Assembly: GCA_965116875.1 (NCBI GenBank)
Contig: OZ220733.1
Location: forward strand, 4,768,001 to 4,832,000
DNA: 64,000 nt
Origin: Candidatus Latescibacterota bacterium
GTDB lineage: Bacteria; Latescibacterota; UBA2968; GCA-2709665
Direction: 5' to 3'
In this document: positions 49,761 to 59,545 of the stretch, one piece after another
Position numbering within the stretch: position 1 is the stretch's first letter
How the letters are laid out: every line of letters starts with the position of its first letter
The notes under the pieces: generated by a model
Databases searched by the model: none
Told to the model about the DNA's origin: nothing
The model's input: only the letters and a program-made list of their open reading frames with translations
Program-made: the position numbers and the translations under genes

Positions 49761-50855
49761 GTGAATCGAGTCAAGTCCGGCATCTTCATCATGCCGTTCC
49801 ACCCGCCTGGAAAATCCCTCAGTCAATGCCACGATGAAGACATGGAGCTGGTCATTCGCGCCGACGAACTGGGTATCGACGAATTCTGGATCGGCGAGCA
49901 TCACACCATGGTCTATGAAAACATCGCGATGCCAGAGATATTCATCGGGGCGGCGCTGCGGGAAACCGGCAATATTCGGCTGGGCCCGGCGCCGGTCTGC
50001 CTGCAACAACACCACCCTGCGCTTGTCGCGAGCCGGCTTTCGTTTCTCGACCACCTGTCCCGGGGTCGACTCAATCTCTGCTTCGGTCCCGGCAGCGTTC
50101 CAACCGACCTTGAGATACTCGGTATCGACCCCCAGCACAGCGCCGCAATGGTCGCCGAATCGATCGAGATGATCCTGACGCTCTGGCAGACAGACCCGCC
50201 CTTCGCTATCGATGGCCGGTTCTGGGAGATCCGCATGGAACGCACGATCGATCCGGAGGTCGGCCTGGGGGTTATTCACAAGCCGTACCAACGACCCCAT
50301 CCTCCCATTTCAATGCCGATCAGTTCGATTCACTCGGAAACCGCCAGGGAGGCGGGGAGGCGCGGCTTTCAACCGTTCGGTCACAGCCTGATTCCATCGA
50401 ACACGCTGGCGAACATCTGGACGACATACGCACAGGCTGCCCTGGAGGCGGGTCGCATGCCGGACCGCTGCGACTTCAAGATCGCTCGTGCGATCTTCCT
50501 GGCAGATTCCACGGAAGAAGCGGTGCGGCGCGCAAGATCAAACACGGTCGCGGCGAACTTCACATATATCGGCTCCCTGCTCAAACGCGGGGGCCGCGGC
50601 CTCGGCATGTTCAAACGCGACCCGGATATGCCGGATGCGGACTGCAATCTTGATTACCTGATGGGCGAGCAGATCATTGCCGGTGACGTCGACACGGTCG
50701 TCGATCGTCTCGAATCCCTGCGTACGGAAGTCGGAGACTTCGGAACGCTCGTTATGATGTCGTATGACTGGGACGACAAAGACAGCTGGCTGCGCAGTCT
50801 CGAACTCTTTGCGACAGAATTGATGCCGGCACTGAACCGCGAGGAAAGGCCATAG
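49761..50855 (+). CDS. LLM class flavin-dependent oxidoreductase
   Basis: FIMPFHPP, WIGEHH, LDHLSRGR, PYQRPHPP; GTG start at 49761. Confidence 0.9.
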   Translation: MNRVKSGIFIMPFHPPGKSLSQCHDEDMELVIRADELGIDEFWIGEHHTMVYENIAMPEIFIGAALRETGNIRLGPAPVCLQQHHPALVASRLSFLDHLSRGRLNLCFGPGSVPTDLEILGIDPQHSAAMVAESIEMILTLWQTDPPFAIDGRFWEIRMERTIDPEVGLGVIHKPYQRPHPPISMPISSIHSETAREAGRRGFQPFGHSLIPSNTLANIWTTYAQAALEAGRMPDRCDFKIARAIFLADSTEEAVRRARSNTVAANFTYIGSLLKRGGRGLGMFKRDPDMPDADCNLDYLMGEQIIAGDVDTVVDRLESLRTEVGDFGTLVMMSYDWDDKDSWLRSLELFATELMPALNREERP

Positions 50856-50958
50856 CAGGTGGCATGAACTTCCGCCGCGTTCCACGGACTGAAATTGCGC
50901 TGGCGCCCACATTCAGATCGAGGGGGCAACGAACGTCGGGGCGCCCTTGCTGAACAAT

Positions 50959-50995
50959 AAAAAAAAGGCGACGCCGCAGTCGGTGTCGCCTTTTT
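50959..50995. terminator. Bidirectional intrinsic terminator
   Basis: A-tract-GGCGACGCCG-cagt-CGGTGTCGCC-TTTTT between convergent genes. Confidence 0.85.
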
Positions 50996-51019
50996 GAATC
51001 GATGAATCCGGAGTGGGGG

Positions 51020-51051
51020 TTAGCAGCCCGTTGAAAAAGTCCATCCGGGCT
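51020..51051. repeat. Single end of MITE family B
   Basis: TTAGCAGCCCGTTGAAAAAGTCCATCCGGGCT is the reverse complement of 38497-38528 with one mismatch. Confidence 0.7.
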
Positions 51052-51121
51052 ACGGCCGGCCCTTGCGGTCGAAAACCTGCGTTGCGCTCCCTCGCCGAAT
51101 CAAAGGATGGGACTTCGCGAA

Positions 51122-51688
51122 TCACTCCATCTTTTTCGCCGATTTAACGGGGTAATCCTTTTCAAACCGCTCCCGGTATTTCTCTTCCCACCCGTCGATG
51201 GACTCCCGAAGCGCCGCTACCATCTGCGGTTCAACCTGAAGCAACTCCTTCATCTTCAGGGGAAACCTCTTGCCGTCCGGATAAAAACTGCCGTCCAAGA
51301 CCAATTCCTGAAGAAAGGGATAACCTGCCACCAACTCACCCGGCGAAGGACTCAGCGGTGTAACGCGGGTGTGGACCTTCAAGCCCATGTAGGCCAGGTG
51401 GCTGAACCCCATCCTGAAACGGACGTGAGCGCCTACCCTGTTGACTCGCACTTTATGGCCGGCATACAATTCGTCCAAGCGCGCCGCAAGCAGCTTCCAC
51501 CCCTGGTGGAATTCGTTCAGCGGCATCGCTTTCTCGCCCGAAAACGCCGCTTCCCGGTCCTTGGCAAGCTGCCTGGCCATCGCGAGGGATTTGTCGTCCA
51601 GCTTTTTTGCCCCGGCATCGACGGAAGGCGCATGGGACAGCGATACGCAGATGAAGATGCCGATCGAAGTCGTAAGAACAGAACGCAC
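51122..51688 (-). CDS. Hypothetical secreted protein
   Basis: GGGGAG SD + GTG; signal-peptide-like N-terminus; no recognised motif. Confidence 0.6.
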   Translation of the reverse strand: MRSVLTTSIGIFICVSLSHAPSVDAGAKKLDDKSLAMARQLAKDREAAFSGEKAMPLNEFHQGWKLLAARLDELYAGHKVRVNRVGAHVRFRMGFSHLAYMGLKVHTRVTPLSPSPGELVAGYPFLQELVLDGSFYPDGKRFPLKMKELLQVEPQMVAALRESIDGWEEKYRERFEKDYPVKSAKKME

Positions 51689-51901
51689 TATGTACTCCCC
51701 CATTTTAGATGACGAACAAGCGATTCCTGATAGAAAAGCATACCGAATCGTCCGGCGGCACGCAGACCGGATCCTGAACACGAAGGAGAGTAAAGAATAT
51801 GGAACGGTTGCGCAAGCGTTTTCTCGTACACCGAAAGAAAAACCGGCCACCCGCCGATTCCGGGTCAGCGGGTAGCCGATGTGCTTGAAATGCAGGCAGG
51901 T

Positions 51902-52081
51902 TCACGCCGAAGGCGGATCTTCGATATCGAGGAGTAATGGTTGCGATGCGTCCGGCCGGCCCCCGTCCCCGCAGGTGTTGCAACCGGCGGATTCCACCAG
52001 GAACGGACTGACGAACTTCCAGGCCGCCCAGGAACCGCAGGCGACCGCGACACCGACTGCAACTGCAGATTGCCAATCCAA
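51902..52081 (-). CDS. FeoB-associated Cys-rich membrane protein (59 aa); not in ORF track
   Basis: TTG 1 nt after feoB stop; MDWQSAVAVGVAVACGSWAAWKF..AGCNTCG..LLLDI. Confidence 0.8.
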   Translation of the reverse strand: MDWQSAVAVGVAVACGSWAAWKFVSPFLVESAGCNTCGDGGRPDASQPLLLDIEDPPSA

Positions 52082-52082
52082 T

Positions 52083-54317
52083 CTATCCCCCCCATCCCAG
52101 AGCCATCGTGCCCTGATAGGTCACGAGTGCGGCGACGTAGGCCAATAGCGTCATATAAACAAACGTGAAAATCGTCCATCTCCAGGACTGTGTCTCTCGT
52201 CGAATGACGGCCAGCGTGGATGCGCATTGCGCACACAGCGCGAAAAAGACCATTACCGAGAGCGCGACGGGTATATTGAAAACGGAGCGTCCATCATCCC
52301 ATGTCGCGCTGCGAAGTGCGCTGCGCAGGTCTTCCGACGAATCGTCCGTATCGCCGCCGAGGCTGTATATTGTGCCAAGAGTCGCGATGATCACCTCGCG
52401 TGCGGGAAAGGACGCGAGCGTGGCCATTCCGATACGCCAGTCCCAGCCCAGCGGCATGACCGCGGGTTCTATCCAGTGCCCCGCCCGGCCAAGATAACTC
52501 TCATTGAGAAGTTCGGCCGCCATCCGCGCGTCAATGTCCTCCAGCGTCTCCTGCAATTCCACGCCCGACTGCGATGCCACGGCCGTTCGACGACGGCTTT
52601 CGTATTCCGCAAGGGTCTCTTCCGATCTGGGAAAGTAAGCAAGCGCCCACATCGCGATCGTTGCGGCCAGGATGATACTTCCCGCACGCGCCAGAAACGC
52701 CCTGGAACTCTGATAGACCCTCAGCCCGACCGTCCGTTTGTCCGGGACCTTATACGATGGGAGTTCCAGAATGAAAGGGGTTGTTTCCCCCTTCAACAGG
52801 GTCTTCCTCAATGCCCAGGCGAAGGGAACCGCGGTAGCCACACCCACGCAGTACATCGCAAAAAGGGTCAGCCCCTGCAGACCGATCCACTCCCCCAGAA
52901 TGGGTCCTTCCGGGATAAATGCGCCTATCAGGATGGTGTAGACCGGCAATCTGGCAGAACAGCTCATCAACGGCGCCACCAGAATCGTGACCAGTCGATT
53001 CCGCCGCCCTTCAATGGTCCGTGTCGCCATGATTCCCGGCACTGCGCACGCGAAGCTGGACAACATCGGGATGAACGACTGCCCGGAAAGACCGCACTTT
53101 GTGAGAAGCCTGTCCATCAGCAGCGCCGCACGTGCCATATACCCGCAGTCTTCCAGAACAGCGATGAAGAAAAAGAGAATAGCGATCTGAGGCAGGAAAA
53201 TGACAACACCGCCCACGCCCGCTATCACACCGTCCTGAACCAGGCTCTTCAGCGCCCCGTCCGGAAACCAGCCGCCCACCCATCCGGACAGCGCGGCGAA
53301 TAAGCCATCAACCCAATCCATCAGCGGACCGGCCCAGGCGTAGATGGCCTGGAACACCACCCCCATGATTGCGACAAACAGAAGCGTACCCCAGATCCGG
53401 TGCGTAAGTACCCCATCGATGCGGTCCGAATGCGTTTTCTGAAGGTCTTCCGGCTGCGATACGCTTTGCGCAAGCACCCGCCTGATCCAGCTGTACCGAA
53501 CCTCCGATTCAAGAGCGGACAATCCTGATGCCGCGGAAAACCTGCCCCGGGCTTCCTCGAGTTGCCCCCGGAGGTCGTCACCGCGAATCTCGATCAGCCG
53601 GCGTTCTGCGTAGCCTCCTTCGTCGACGATCGCCCTCAACGCCTCCGCGCGACGCAGGAGCGCGTTTCCCGGGTTTTGCGGCTCCAACAGCGGCACGACC
53701 GCATCGACCGCTTCGGGAAATCCCTCGGGAAATCCGGACAGCAGCGACAACCCCGTATGCTGCTCCCCGCGCAACAGCCGTCGCAATTCTCCACGCAGGT
53801 CTCCCAGACCCTCTCGACGATTCGCACACACCCTGACCACCGGAACCCCCAGGCACCTGGAGAGCCGGTCGACGTCTATGCGTATGCCCCGCGCATCCGC
53901 CACGTCGGACATATTCAGCGCAACGACTGCGGGCAGCCCGAGTTCGAGTACCTGCGAGACCAGGTAAAGGTTTCTGTAGAGATTCGAGGCGTCGACAATC
54001 GCAAGAACCGCGTCAATCCTGCGTTCGCGCGGCATGCGCCCCAGCAGTACGTCCGCCACAATCATCTCGTCCGGGGCATGAGCGGCGAGGCTGTAGGTTC
54101 CCGGCAGGTCGACGAGATCCACAATCCTGTCATCTGTCAGCCTCAGCCGACCGACCTTGCGTTCAACGGTTACGCCGGGGTAGTTTCCGACATGTTGAAA
54201 AAGACCGGTAAGACCGTTAAAAAGCGTGGTCTTACCGGTATTTGGATTGCCCACCAGTGCGATTGTAAAGCGCTGATCTACGCCGGTGCGGGGTTCATCG
54301 GACAACTCCGTGGCCAT
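52083..54317 (-). CDS. feoB: Ferrous iron transporter FeoB (full length)
   Basis: [58 protein letters not shown]. Confidence 0.95.
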   Translation of the reverse strand: MATELSDEPRTGVDQRFTIALVGNPNTGKTTLFNGLTGLFQHVGNYPGVTVERKVGRLRLTDDRIVDLVDLPGTYSLAAHAPDEMIVADVLLGRMPRERRIDAVLAIVDASNLYRNLYLVSQVLELGLPAVVALNMSDVADARGIRIDVDRLSRCLGVPVVRVCANRREGLGDLRGELRRLLRGEQHTGLSLLSGFPEGFPEAVDAVVPLLEPQNPGNALLRRAEALRAIVDEGGYAERRLIEIRGDDLRGQLEEARGRFSAASGLSALESEVRYSWIRRVLAQSVSQPEDLQKTHSDRIDGVLTHRIWGTLLFVAIMGVVFQAIYAWAGPLMDWVDGLFAALSGWVGGWFPDGALKSLVQDGVIAGVGGVVIFLPQIAILFFFIAVLEDCGYMARAALLMDRLLTKCGLSGQSFIPMLSSFACAVPGIMATRTIEGRRNRLVTILVAPLMSCSARLPVYTILIGAFIPEGPILGEWIGLQGLTLFAMYCVGVATAVPFAWALRKTLLKGETTPFILELPSYKVPDKRTVGLRVYQSSRAFLARAGSIILAATIAMWALAYFPRSEETLAEYESRRRTAVASQSGVELQETLEDIDARMAAELLNESYLGRAGHWIEPAVMPLGWDWRIGMATLASFPAREVIIATLGTIYSLGGDTDDSSEDLRSALRSATWDDGRSVFNIPVALSVMVFFALCAQCASTLAVIRRETQSWRWTIFTFVYMTLLAYVAALVTYQGTMALGWGG

Positions 54318-54327
54318 GGGTTCAACC

Positions 54328-54558
54328 TCAGCTGATCGGACTTAGCCTTACGGAAACCGCATCGTGCATCCGCAAACAGAACCGGGCGTCTTCCACCTGC
54401 ACGACCAGCCTGCCACCGGCGCGAAGCATCCGAACCCTGACCCCCGGACCCACGCCCAACTCCCGCAACCGTGAGGCCAGAGGCGTGTTCCCCTCCACCG
54501 ATTCCACCGTGCCTTCGTCGCCCACGTCGAGTCCGGCCAGCGAACCCCGGAACATCAT
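54328..54558 (-). CDS. feoA: FeoA
   Basis: SLAGL, RLRELGVGPG, position between regulator and feoB; start at MMFRG. Confidence 0.85.
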   Translation of the reverse strand: MMFRGSLAGLDVGDEGTVESVEGNTPLASRLRELGVGPGVRVRMLRAGGRLVVQVEDARFCLRMHDAVSVRLSPIS

Positions 54559-54666
54559 CCGTGACCGGTTCTTCCGACCGGTTGAAATCCGGACGCCGCG
54601 TGCGGCCAGTTGCATCAGACGCGCTACCATTTTACCATCCCTTTCTGTTGTTTCGCCGGAACAACC

Positions 54667-55191
54667 CTACGCACCGATTCGGAGGAGGCACTCGTCTTCG
54701 CAGATCGGGCAATCGGCCTCGTCGTGGCAGAAGTCGCCGGTCTGCCAGAACGCGTTCAGAAACTCCCGCGCCTCTGGCGTATCGGCCAGCAGGAACCTTA
54801 CGAAATTCAGCAGTTTTTCGCTGGTTTCCTCGCTCAACAGGTGCTCTACCTTGCACGCGTCCACTTCCGACTGATGCCCTTCCACGTGCAGTACGTCCTT
54901 GAGAAACTTGCGAACGATGGCGCGCTTTGCCAGCACCAGGTCTACCAGACGTTCGCCACGTTCGGAAAGCCGCAGGAACTTGTTCTGATCCTCAAGAACG
55001 AACTGCTTCTGTCGGAGTGCCTTCAAAGTCAGCGACGCGCTGCCTCGCGTAATGTCCAGATGCCGTGCGACATCCGACACACGTGCGTATCCGAACTGGT
55101 CCTTGAGCTCTCGAATGGCGACAAGGTGATGAGCGACGCTGTGCGTGATTTCATTCTCCTCGAATGCTTTCCACACGTCGGATGATGCCAC
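54667..55191 (-). CDS. DtxR-family metal-dependent regulator with C-terminal Cys cluster
   Basis: ARVSDVARHLDITRGSAS HTH; DACKVEH; tail CHDEADCPICEDEC. Confidence 0.87.
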   Translation of the reverse strand: MASSDVWKAFEENEITHSVAHHLVAIRELKDQFGYARVSDVARHLDITRGSASLTLKALRQKQFVLEDQNKFLRLSERGERLVDLVLAKRAIVRKFLKDVLHVEGHQSEVDACKVEHLLSEETSEKLLNFVRFLLADTPEAREFLNAFWQTGDFCHDEADCPICEDECLLRIGA

Positions 55192-55212
55192 CGCGCCCCC
55201 TTTCCGCCTTCA

Positions 55213-55374
55213 GAAGCTGTCTTAAAATTCCCAGCGGTCTTCGCGCGGCTGCAAAAGCGCCGGTCGGCGTTGGTCAAATCCACCCGTATAGACAAATATG
55301 GTCGGATTCTCCCGCCTTGACCACCGCTCCTTCGCTCGTGCCCGGGAACTCACAGGTAATTTTAAAACAACTTC
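55213..55374. mobile_element. MITE family A, copy 2 (162 bp) with TCA target-site duplication
   Basis: TCA[GAAGCTGTCTTAAAATT..AATTTTAAAACAACTTC]TCA. Confidence 0.85.
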
Positions 55375-55406
55375 TCAGGCTTCTTAACCAGTCAAATGTT
55401 TTACCA

Positions 55407-55434
55407 ATAATACATACGTTATAAACTTAGTCAA
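55407..55434 (-). promoter_or_regulatory. Putative sigma-70 promoter of the regulator-feoA-feoB operon
   Basis: TTGACT-N16-TATTAT in an AT-rich patch. Confidence 0.45.
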
Positions 55435-55577
55435 CAAACGGGCGCAAAGTCAAGCGAAATCTGTCGATGATCGGACGTCCACCGTGTCGCACTTGACTTT
55501 TGACGCCCGATTTCGTATACCTCCCGGAACTCCGCCGTGTTCAAAAGGATCCGTGCACCGCTGCAAGGAGTCGGTCG

Positions 55578-58280
55578 ATGACGGAAACGTTCGACTTTGA
55601 GGACGTCGCCAGACTGCCGCAATCAGGTGACAACGTCGCCATCGCGACGCGGAATCTCCCGGCGGGCATCCGTATCCGCTCACACGGATCCGTTCTCCGG
55701 CTGGCTGAGACGATGCTGGAGGGCCACCGGTTCGCCGTGGCGCCCATCCCCGCGGGTGACCCCCTTTTTTCCTGGAATCTCCCGTTTGGCGTCGCATTGA
55801 GGGACATTTCCCCGGGCGACTACGTCTGCAACGCCGGGATGCTGGAAGCGCTCAGCCTCCGCAGCCTGGATTTTCGACTGCCGGCGGAACCCAATTTTAG
55901 AGACCACATCCAACCCTTCCGTCTGAATGAAGATTCGTTCCGCCCCGGCGATCAGATCCCTCCGGCCGAGGGAATCCGTACGTTCGAAGGATACGCCCGG
56001 TGCGCCGCAAGGGGGGTTGGCACCCGAAACTATGTCGTGATCCTGGGCACGACTTCGCGTACGGGAAGCTTCGTAAAGCAATTGGAACGACGATTGGACG
56101 GGGTTTCCGACGCCTATTCGAACATCGACGGGATCGTCGCCGTTGCGCACACTGAAGGTGGCGGGCGGACCGCGCCGAACAACCTGGACCTTCTTCTGAG
56201 AACGCTCTCGGGTTTTATGGTACATCCGAACGTGGGCGCCGCCCTTACGGTCGACTACGGCACGGAGCCGCTGACCAATGCCATGCTGGGCACATATATG
56301 GCGGACAAAAACGCTCCGATTTCCGACGTCCCGCACCGCTTCCTTACCCTGCGCGGAGGATTCGAAGATAATCTCGACAGGGCCCGGGACGTCGTCGTGG
56401 GATGGCTGCCGGAAGTGAACCGGACAACCCGAAGACCGGCTTCCGCGTCCGCTCTCAAGATCGCACTTCAGTGCGGAGGATCGGACGCCTTTTCCGGTGT
56501 TTCGGGTAACCCGCTGGCGTCCTGGGTCGCGAGAGAGATCATCCGGCATGGCGGCTCGGCAAACCTGGCGGAAACGGACGAACTCATCGGTGCGGAGTCC
56601 TATGTACTGCAGAACGTCAAGGACGTGCGCACGGCCCGCCACTTCCTGGAACGCGTCGAAGCATACAAGGACCTTGCCGCGCGCCACGGTACGACCGCCG
56701 AAGGCAATCCCTCCGGCGGCAACAAGTTCAGAGGCATATACAACATCGTGCTCAAATCCATCGGCGCAGCCATGAAGCGACACCCGCAGGTTCGCCTCGA
56801 CGGGGTCCTCGACTACGCCGACGCCATGCGTGATCCCGGGTTCTACTTCATGGACAGCCCCGGGAACGATCTTGAGAGCATTGCCGGACAGGTTGCTTCG
56901 GGATGTAACCTGATCTTCTTCATCACAGGGAACGGCTCCATCACGAATTTTCCCTTCGTTCCCACCCTGAAGGTGATTACGACGACGAGCCGATACGAAC
57001 TCCTCGAAAACGAAATGGACGTCAATGCAGGCGCCTATCTCGACGGCACTCCGCTGGACACGCTGGGGATGCGGATGACGGATCTCACGCTCGACGTCGC
57101 TTCGGGAGCAAAGAGCAAAGGCGAACGCGCGGGACACTCCCAGGTATCGATATGGCGGAACTGGCAACAGACCGACTCCGGCAATATCGAACACCTCCGG
57201 GCGCTCCCCCAGCCCCCCGGGAAACCCGTACCCACCCGGCCGGAGCGCATCGCGCTTTCCGGCACATTCCGGGGCATCGTCACCGCGACCGGCATTGCAA
57301 CGGACCAGGTCGGTCTGATCCTGCCGACCAGCCTTTGCGCGGGCCAGATCGCAAGGATGGCCGCAGAACGCCTCGAGCGGAACGAGGTCGGAAAAGGCCG
57401 GGGTATCTCACGGTACGTCGCACTCGTTCACACCGAGGGCTGCGGCGTGGCGGGCGATGCGACCGAGAAGATGTATTCCCGAACCATGCTCGGCTACCTC
57501 ACCCACCCCCTGGTAAGGCACGCGCTGCTGCTGGAACACGGATGTGAAAAAACACACAACGACTATCTCCGGCACGAACTTGAGCGCGATGGCATCGACC
57601 CCGCCCGCTTCGGGTGGTCGAGCATCCAGCTCGACGGAGGACTCGAATGTACGTTTCGCAACGTGGAATCCTGGTTCGCAGATCGGGTGGAAAGAGATCG
57701 TCCGCCGGAACACAGAGACACCGGTCCGGCGGCGCTGTCTGTGGGCATCCTGACCGAGGGCAGGGTCAGCGACGCGGCATCGGCGTCGTTCGCGATCCTT
57801 GTCCGTCGGCTGGCGGACGCGGGCGCAAGAGTCGTGGTCCCGGACAACTCGGCAATGCTCTCCTCAGCTCCGTTTTCCGATTCCGTGCTTGCGAACGCAT
57901 CGCCGGGGCCCTCCCTCGGGTATGGGCAGACCGCGGAGCGCCCGGGTTTCTACGTTATGGAAACGCAGACGGACCACTGGGTCGAGACGCTTACCGGCCT
58001 TGGCGGCACGGGCGCGCAAATCCTGATCGCGCACGTGGCCGAACATCCAATGCAGGGGCATCCGATGTTGCCCGTGCTTCAGGTCAGCACGGAGCCATCG
58101 GTGCGTGAGGTCTACGCGAGCGACCTGGACCTTGTGCTATCCGACGCGCCTGAAGAAAACGCCCGGCGGACCGCCGGGATGCTCCTGAAAACCGCGTCTC
58201 GAGACTATACAACCGTCTCGATGAGACAGAAAAACACGGATTTTCAGTTCACTCGAGGACTGCTGGGCGTTTCGATGTAA
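55578..58280 (+). CDS. UxaA/GarD family dehydratase, long internally duplicated form
   Basis: AAGGAG SD; SAF domain DNVAIA; GTRNY, HPNVGA, LQCGGSDAFSG, ETDELIGAE, GNPSGGN; second partial module PTSLCAG, HTEGCG, EHGCEK. Confidence 0.88.
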   Translation: MTETFDFEDVARLPQSGDNVAIATRNLPAGIRIRSHGSVLRLAETMLEGHRFAVAPIPAGDPLFSWNLPFGVALRDISPGDYVCNAGMLEALSLRSLDFRLPAEPNFRDHIQPFRLNEDSFRPGDQIPPAEGIRTFEGYARCAARGVGTRNYVVILGTTSRTGSFVKQLERRLDGVSDAYSNIDGIVAVAHTEGGGRTAPNNLDLLLRTLSGFMVHPNVGAALTVDYGTEPLTNAMLGTYMADKNAPISDVPHRFLTLRGGFEDNLDRARDVVVGWLPEVNRTTRRPASASALKIALQCGGSDAFSGVSGNPLASWVAREIIRHGGSANLAETDELIGAESYVLQNVKDVRTARHFLERVEAYKDLAARHGTTAEGNPSGGNKFRGIYNIVLKSIGAAMKRHPQVRLDGVLDYADAMRDPGFYFMDSPGNDLESIAGQVASGCNLIFFITGNGSITNFPFVPTLKVITTTSRYELLENEMDVNAGAYLDGTPLDTLGMRMTDLTLDVASGAKSKGERAGHSQVSIWRNWQQTDSGNIEHLRALPQPPGKPVPTRPERIALSGTFRGIVTATGIATDQVGLILPTSLCAGQIARMAAERLERNEVGKGRGISRYVALVHTEGCGVAGDATEKMYSRTMLGYLTHPLVRHALLLEHGCEKTHNDYLRHELERDGIDPARFGWSSIQLDGGLECTFRNVESWFADRVERDRPPEHRDTGPAALSVGILTEGRVSDAASASFAILVRRLADAGARVVVPDNSAMLSSAPFSDSVLANASPGPSLGYGQTAERPGFYVMETQTDHWVETLTGLGGTGAQILIAHVAEHPMQGHPMLPVLQVSTEPSVREVYASDLDLVLSDAPEENARRTAGMLLKTASRDYTTVSMRQKNTDFQFTRGLLGVSM

Positions 58281-58297
58281 GGACGCAGACGGAACCT

Positions 58298-58582
58298 CTA
58301 TTTCTCAATCCAGTCCTGGAGCGCCGATGCGATTTTCCGTCCCTGGTCCAGGCTCGAAATGTTGAACTTGCTCCGAGGTATATAGGTTCCGTCCCTCTTC
58401 TGGAACCGGCGGATCGTCACTTTTTCCGGCCCGTATTCACCCGACTGCCGGTTCAGGTCCTGGTAGAGGAACATGACGGTCGCCCATGCCCCCTTCGAAA
58501 GCACGTACTTGTCCAGTTGCCTGCAAAGCAGAACGCCGCCTTCCTCGTAATTGACGCTCAATTCGTCCACGGATTCGGCCAT
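58298..58582 (-). CDS. Small conserved-looking hypothetical protein (94 aa)
   Basis: AGGAGG SD; globular composition, beta-strands then C-terminal helix. Confidence 0.7.
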   Translation of the reverse strand: MAESVDELSVNYEEGGVLLCRQLDKYVLSKGAWATVMFLYQDLNRQSGEYGPEKVTIRRFQKRDGTYIPRSKFNISSLDQGRKIASALQDWIEK

Positions 58583-58641
58583 CGATCCGCCTCCTTTCGG
58601 CCCGCCAGCGAATTGCTGGCGGTTTTTCCATTCAGTGGATA

Positions 58642-59511
58642 TTGCAAATGAGACTCGGCATTGTCGGCATGTTGCCAGGCGACCCGCGCAGCTTCACGGA
58701 CGATCACTTCGAATCAATCCGAAAACTTGGATTCACGGGCGCGGGATTTCATCTGCCCGGCGAGTTGTTAAACGAAATCTCAGACGAAGACGCGGCCGGA
58801 TGCAGACAGCTGTTCGCGGACCAGGAGGTCGATCTCGCGCAATTTGCCATCACCTATGGCGACTGCCTCTTCGATCCGGACCCGGAGGTTCGTTCCGGAG
58901 TCGCGTCGAAGGTGGTGAGGGGCGCCGCGCTCGCCGCTCGCCTCGGCGCCAACTGCTACCTGATCCGGCCGGGCAGCCGCAACCCCGCCGGCCCGTGGAC
59001 GCCGCATCGCGAAAACCACACACCGGAAGCCCACGCGTTGCTGAACCGCACGTTGCAGGAGATCGCAAACCGCACCGCGGCGCTGAACGTAACTACGGTC
59101 GTGGAAACTCACGTCGTCTCAATACTCAATACGCCCGCGGTGTGCCGTCAGCTCATCGAGTCGGTCAACAGCGCGAACATACGGCTGGTGATGGACTACG
59201 TCAATCACTTCGAATCCATCGACCAGGTCTACTCGGATACCGAACGCCTGAACCACATTTTCGAGACCATCGGCCCGTTCGCGCCCGTCTGCCACGTCAA
59301 GGACGTCGCGGTCGGCAACCGTCTGGTCGTGCATCTCGATGAAGCCGTCCCCGGCCAGGGCGAATTGAATCTTGCCCTTGCCCTGGGGCTTTTTCATGCA
59401 CATCATCCGGACGGATATGCGCTGATCGAACACCTTGGACCGGATCTGATTCCGCTGGCTGCCGCCAACGTCCGAACGATCTCGAAACGTGCGGGAATTC
59501 CCGTCTGCTGA
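58642..59511 (+). CDS. Sugar phosphate isomerase/epimerase (TIM barrel)
   Basis: VETH, MDYVN, HVKD, PGQG, LIEH. Confidence 0.85.
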   Translation: MQMRLGIVGMLPGDPRSFTDDHFESIRKLGFTGAGFHLPGELLNEISDEDAAGCRQLFADQEVDLAQFAITYGDCLFDPDPEVRSGVASKVVRGAALAARLGANCYLIRPGSRNPAGPWTPHRENHTPEAHALLNRTLQEIANRTAALNVTTVVETHVVSILNTPAVCRQLIESVNSANIRLVMDYVNHFESIDQVYSDTERLNHIFETIGPFAPVCHVKDVAVGNRLVVHLDEAVPGQGELNLALALGLFHAHHPDGYALIEHLGPDLIPLAAANVRTISKRAGIPVC

Positions 59512-59545
59512 TATAGGCGTCACACCGCACCCGCGACCGGCGGCG

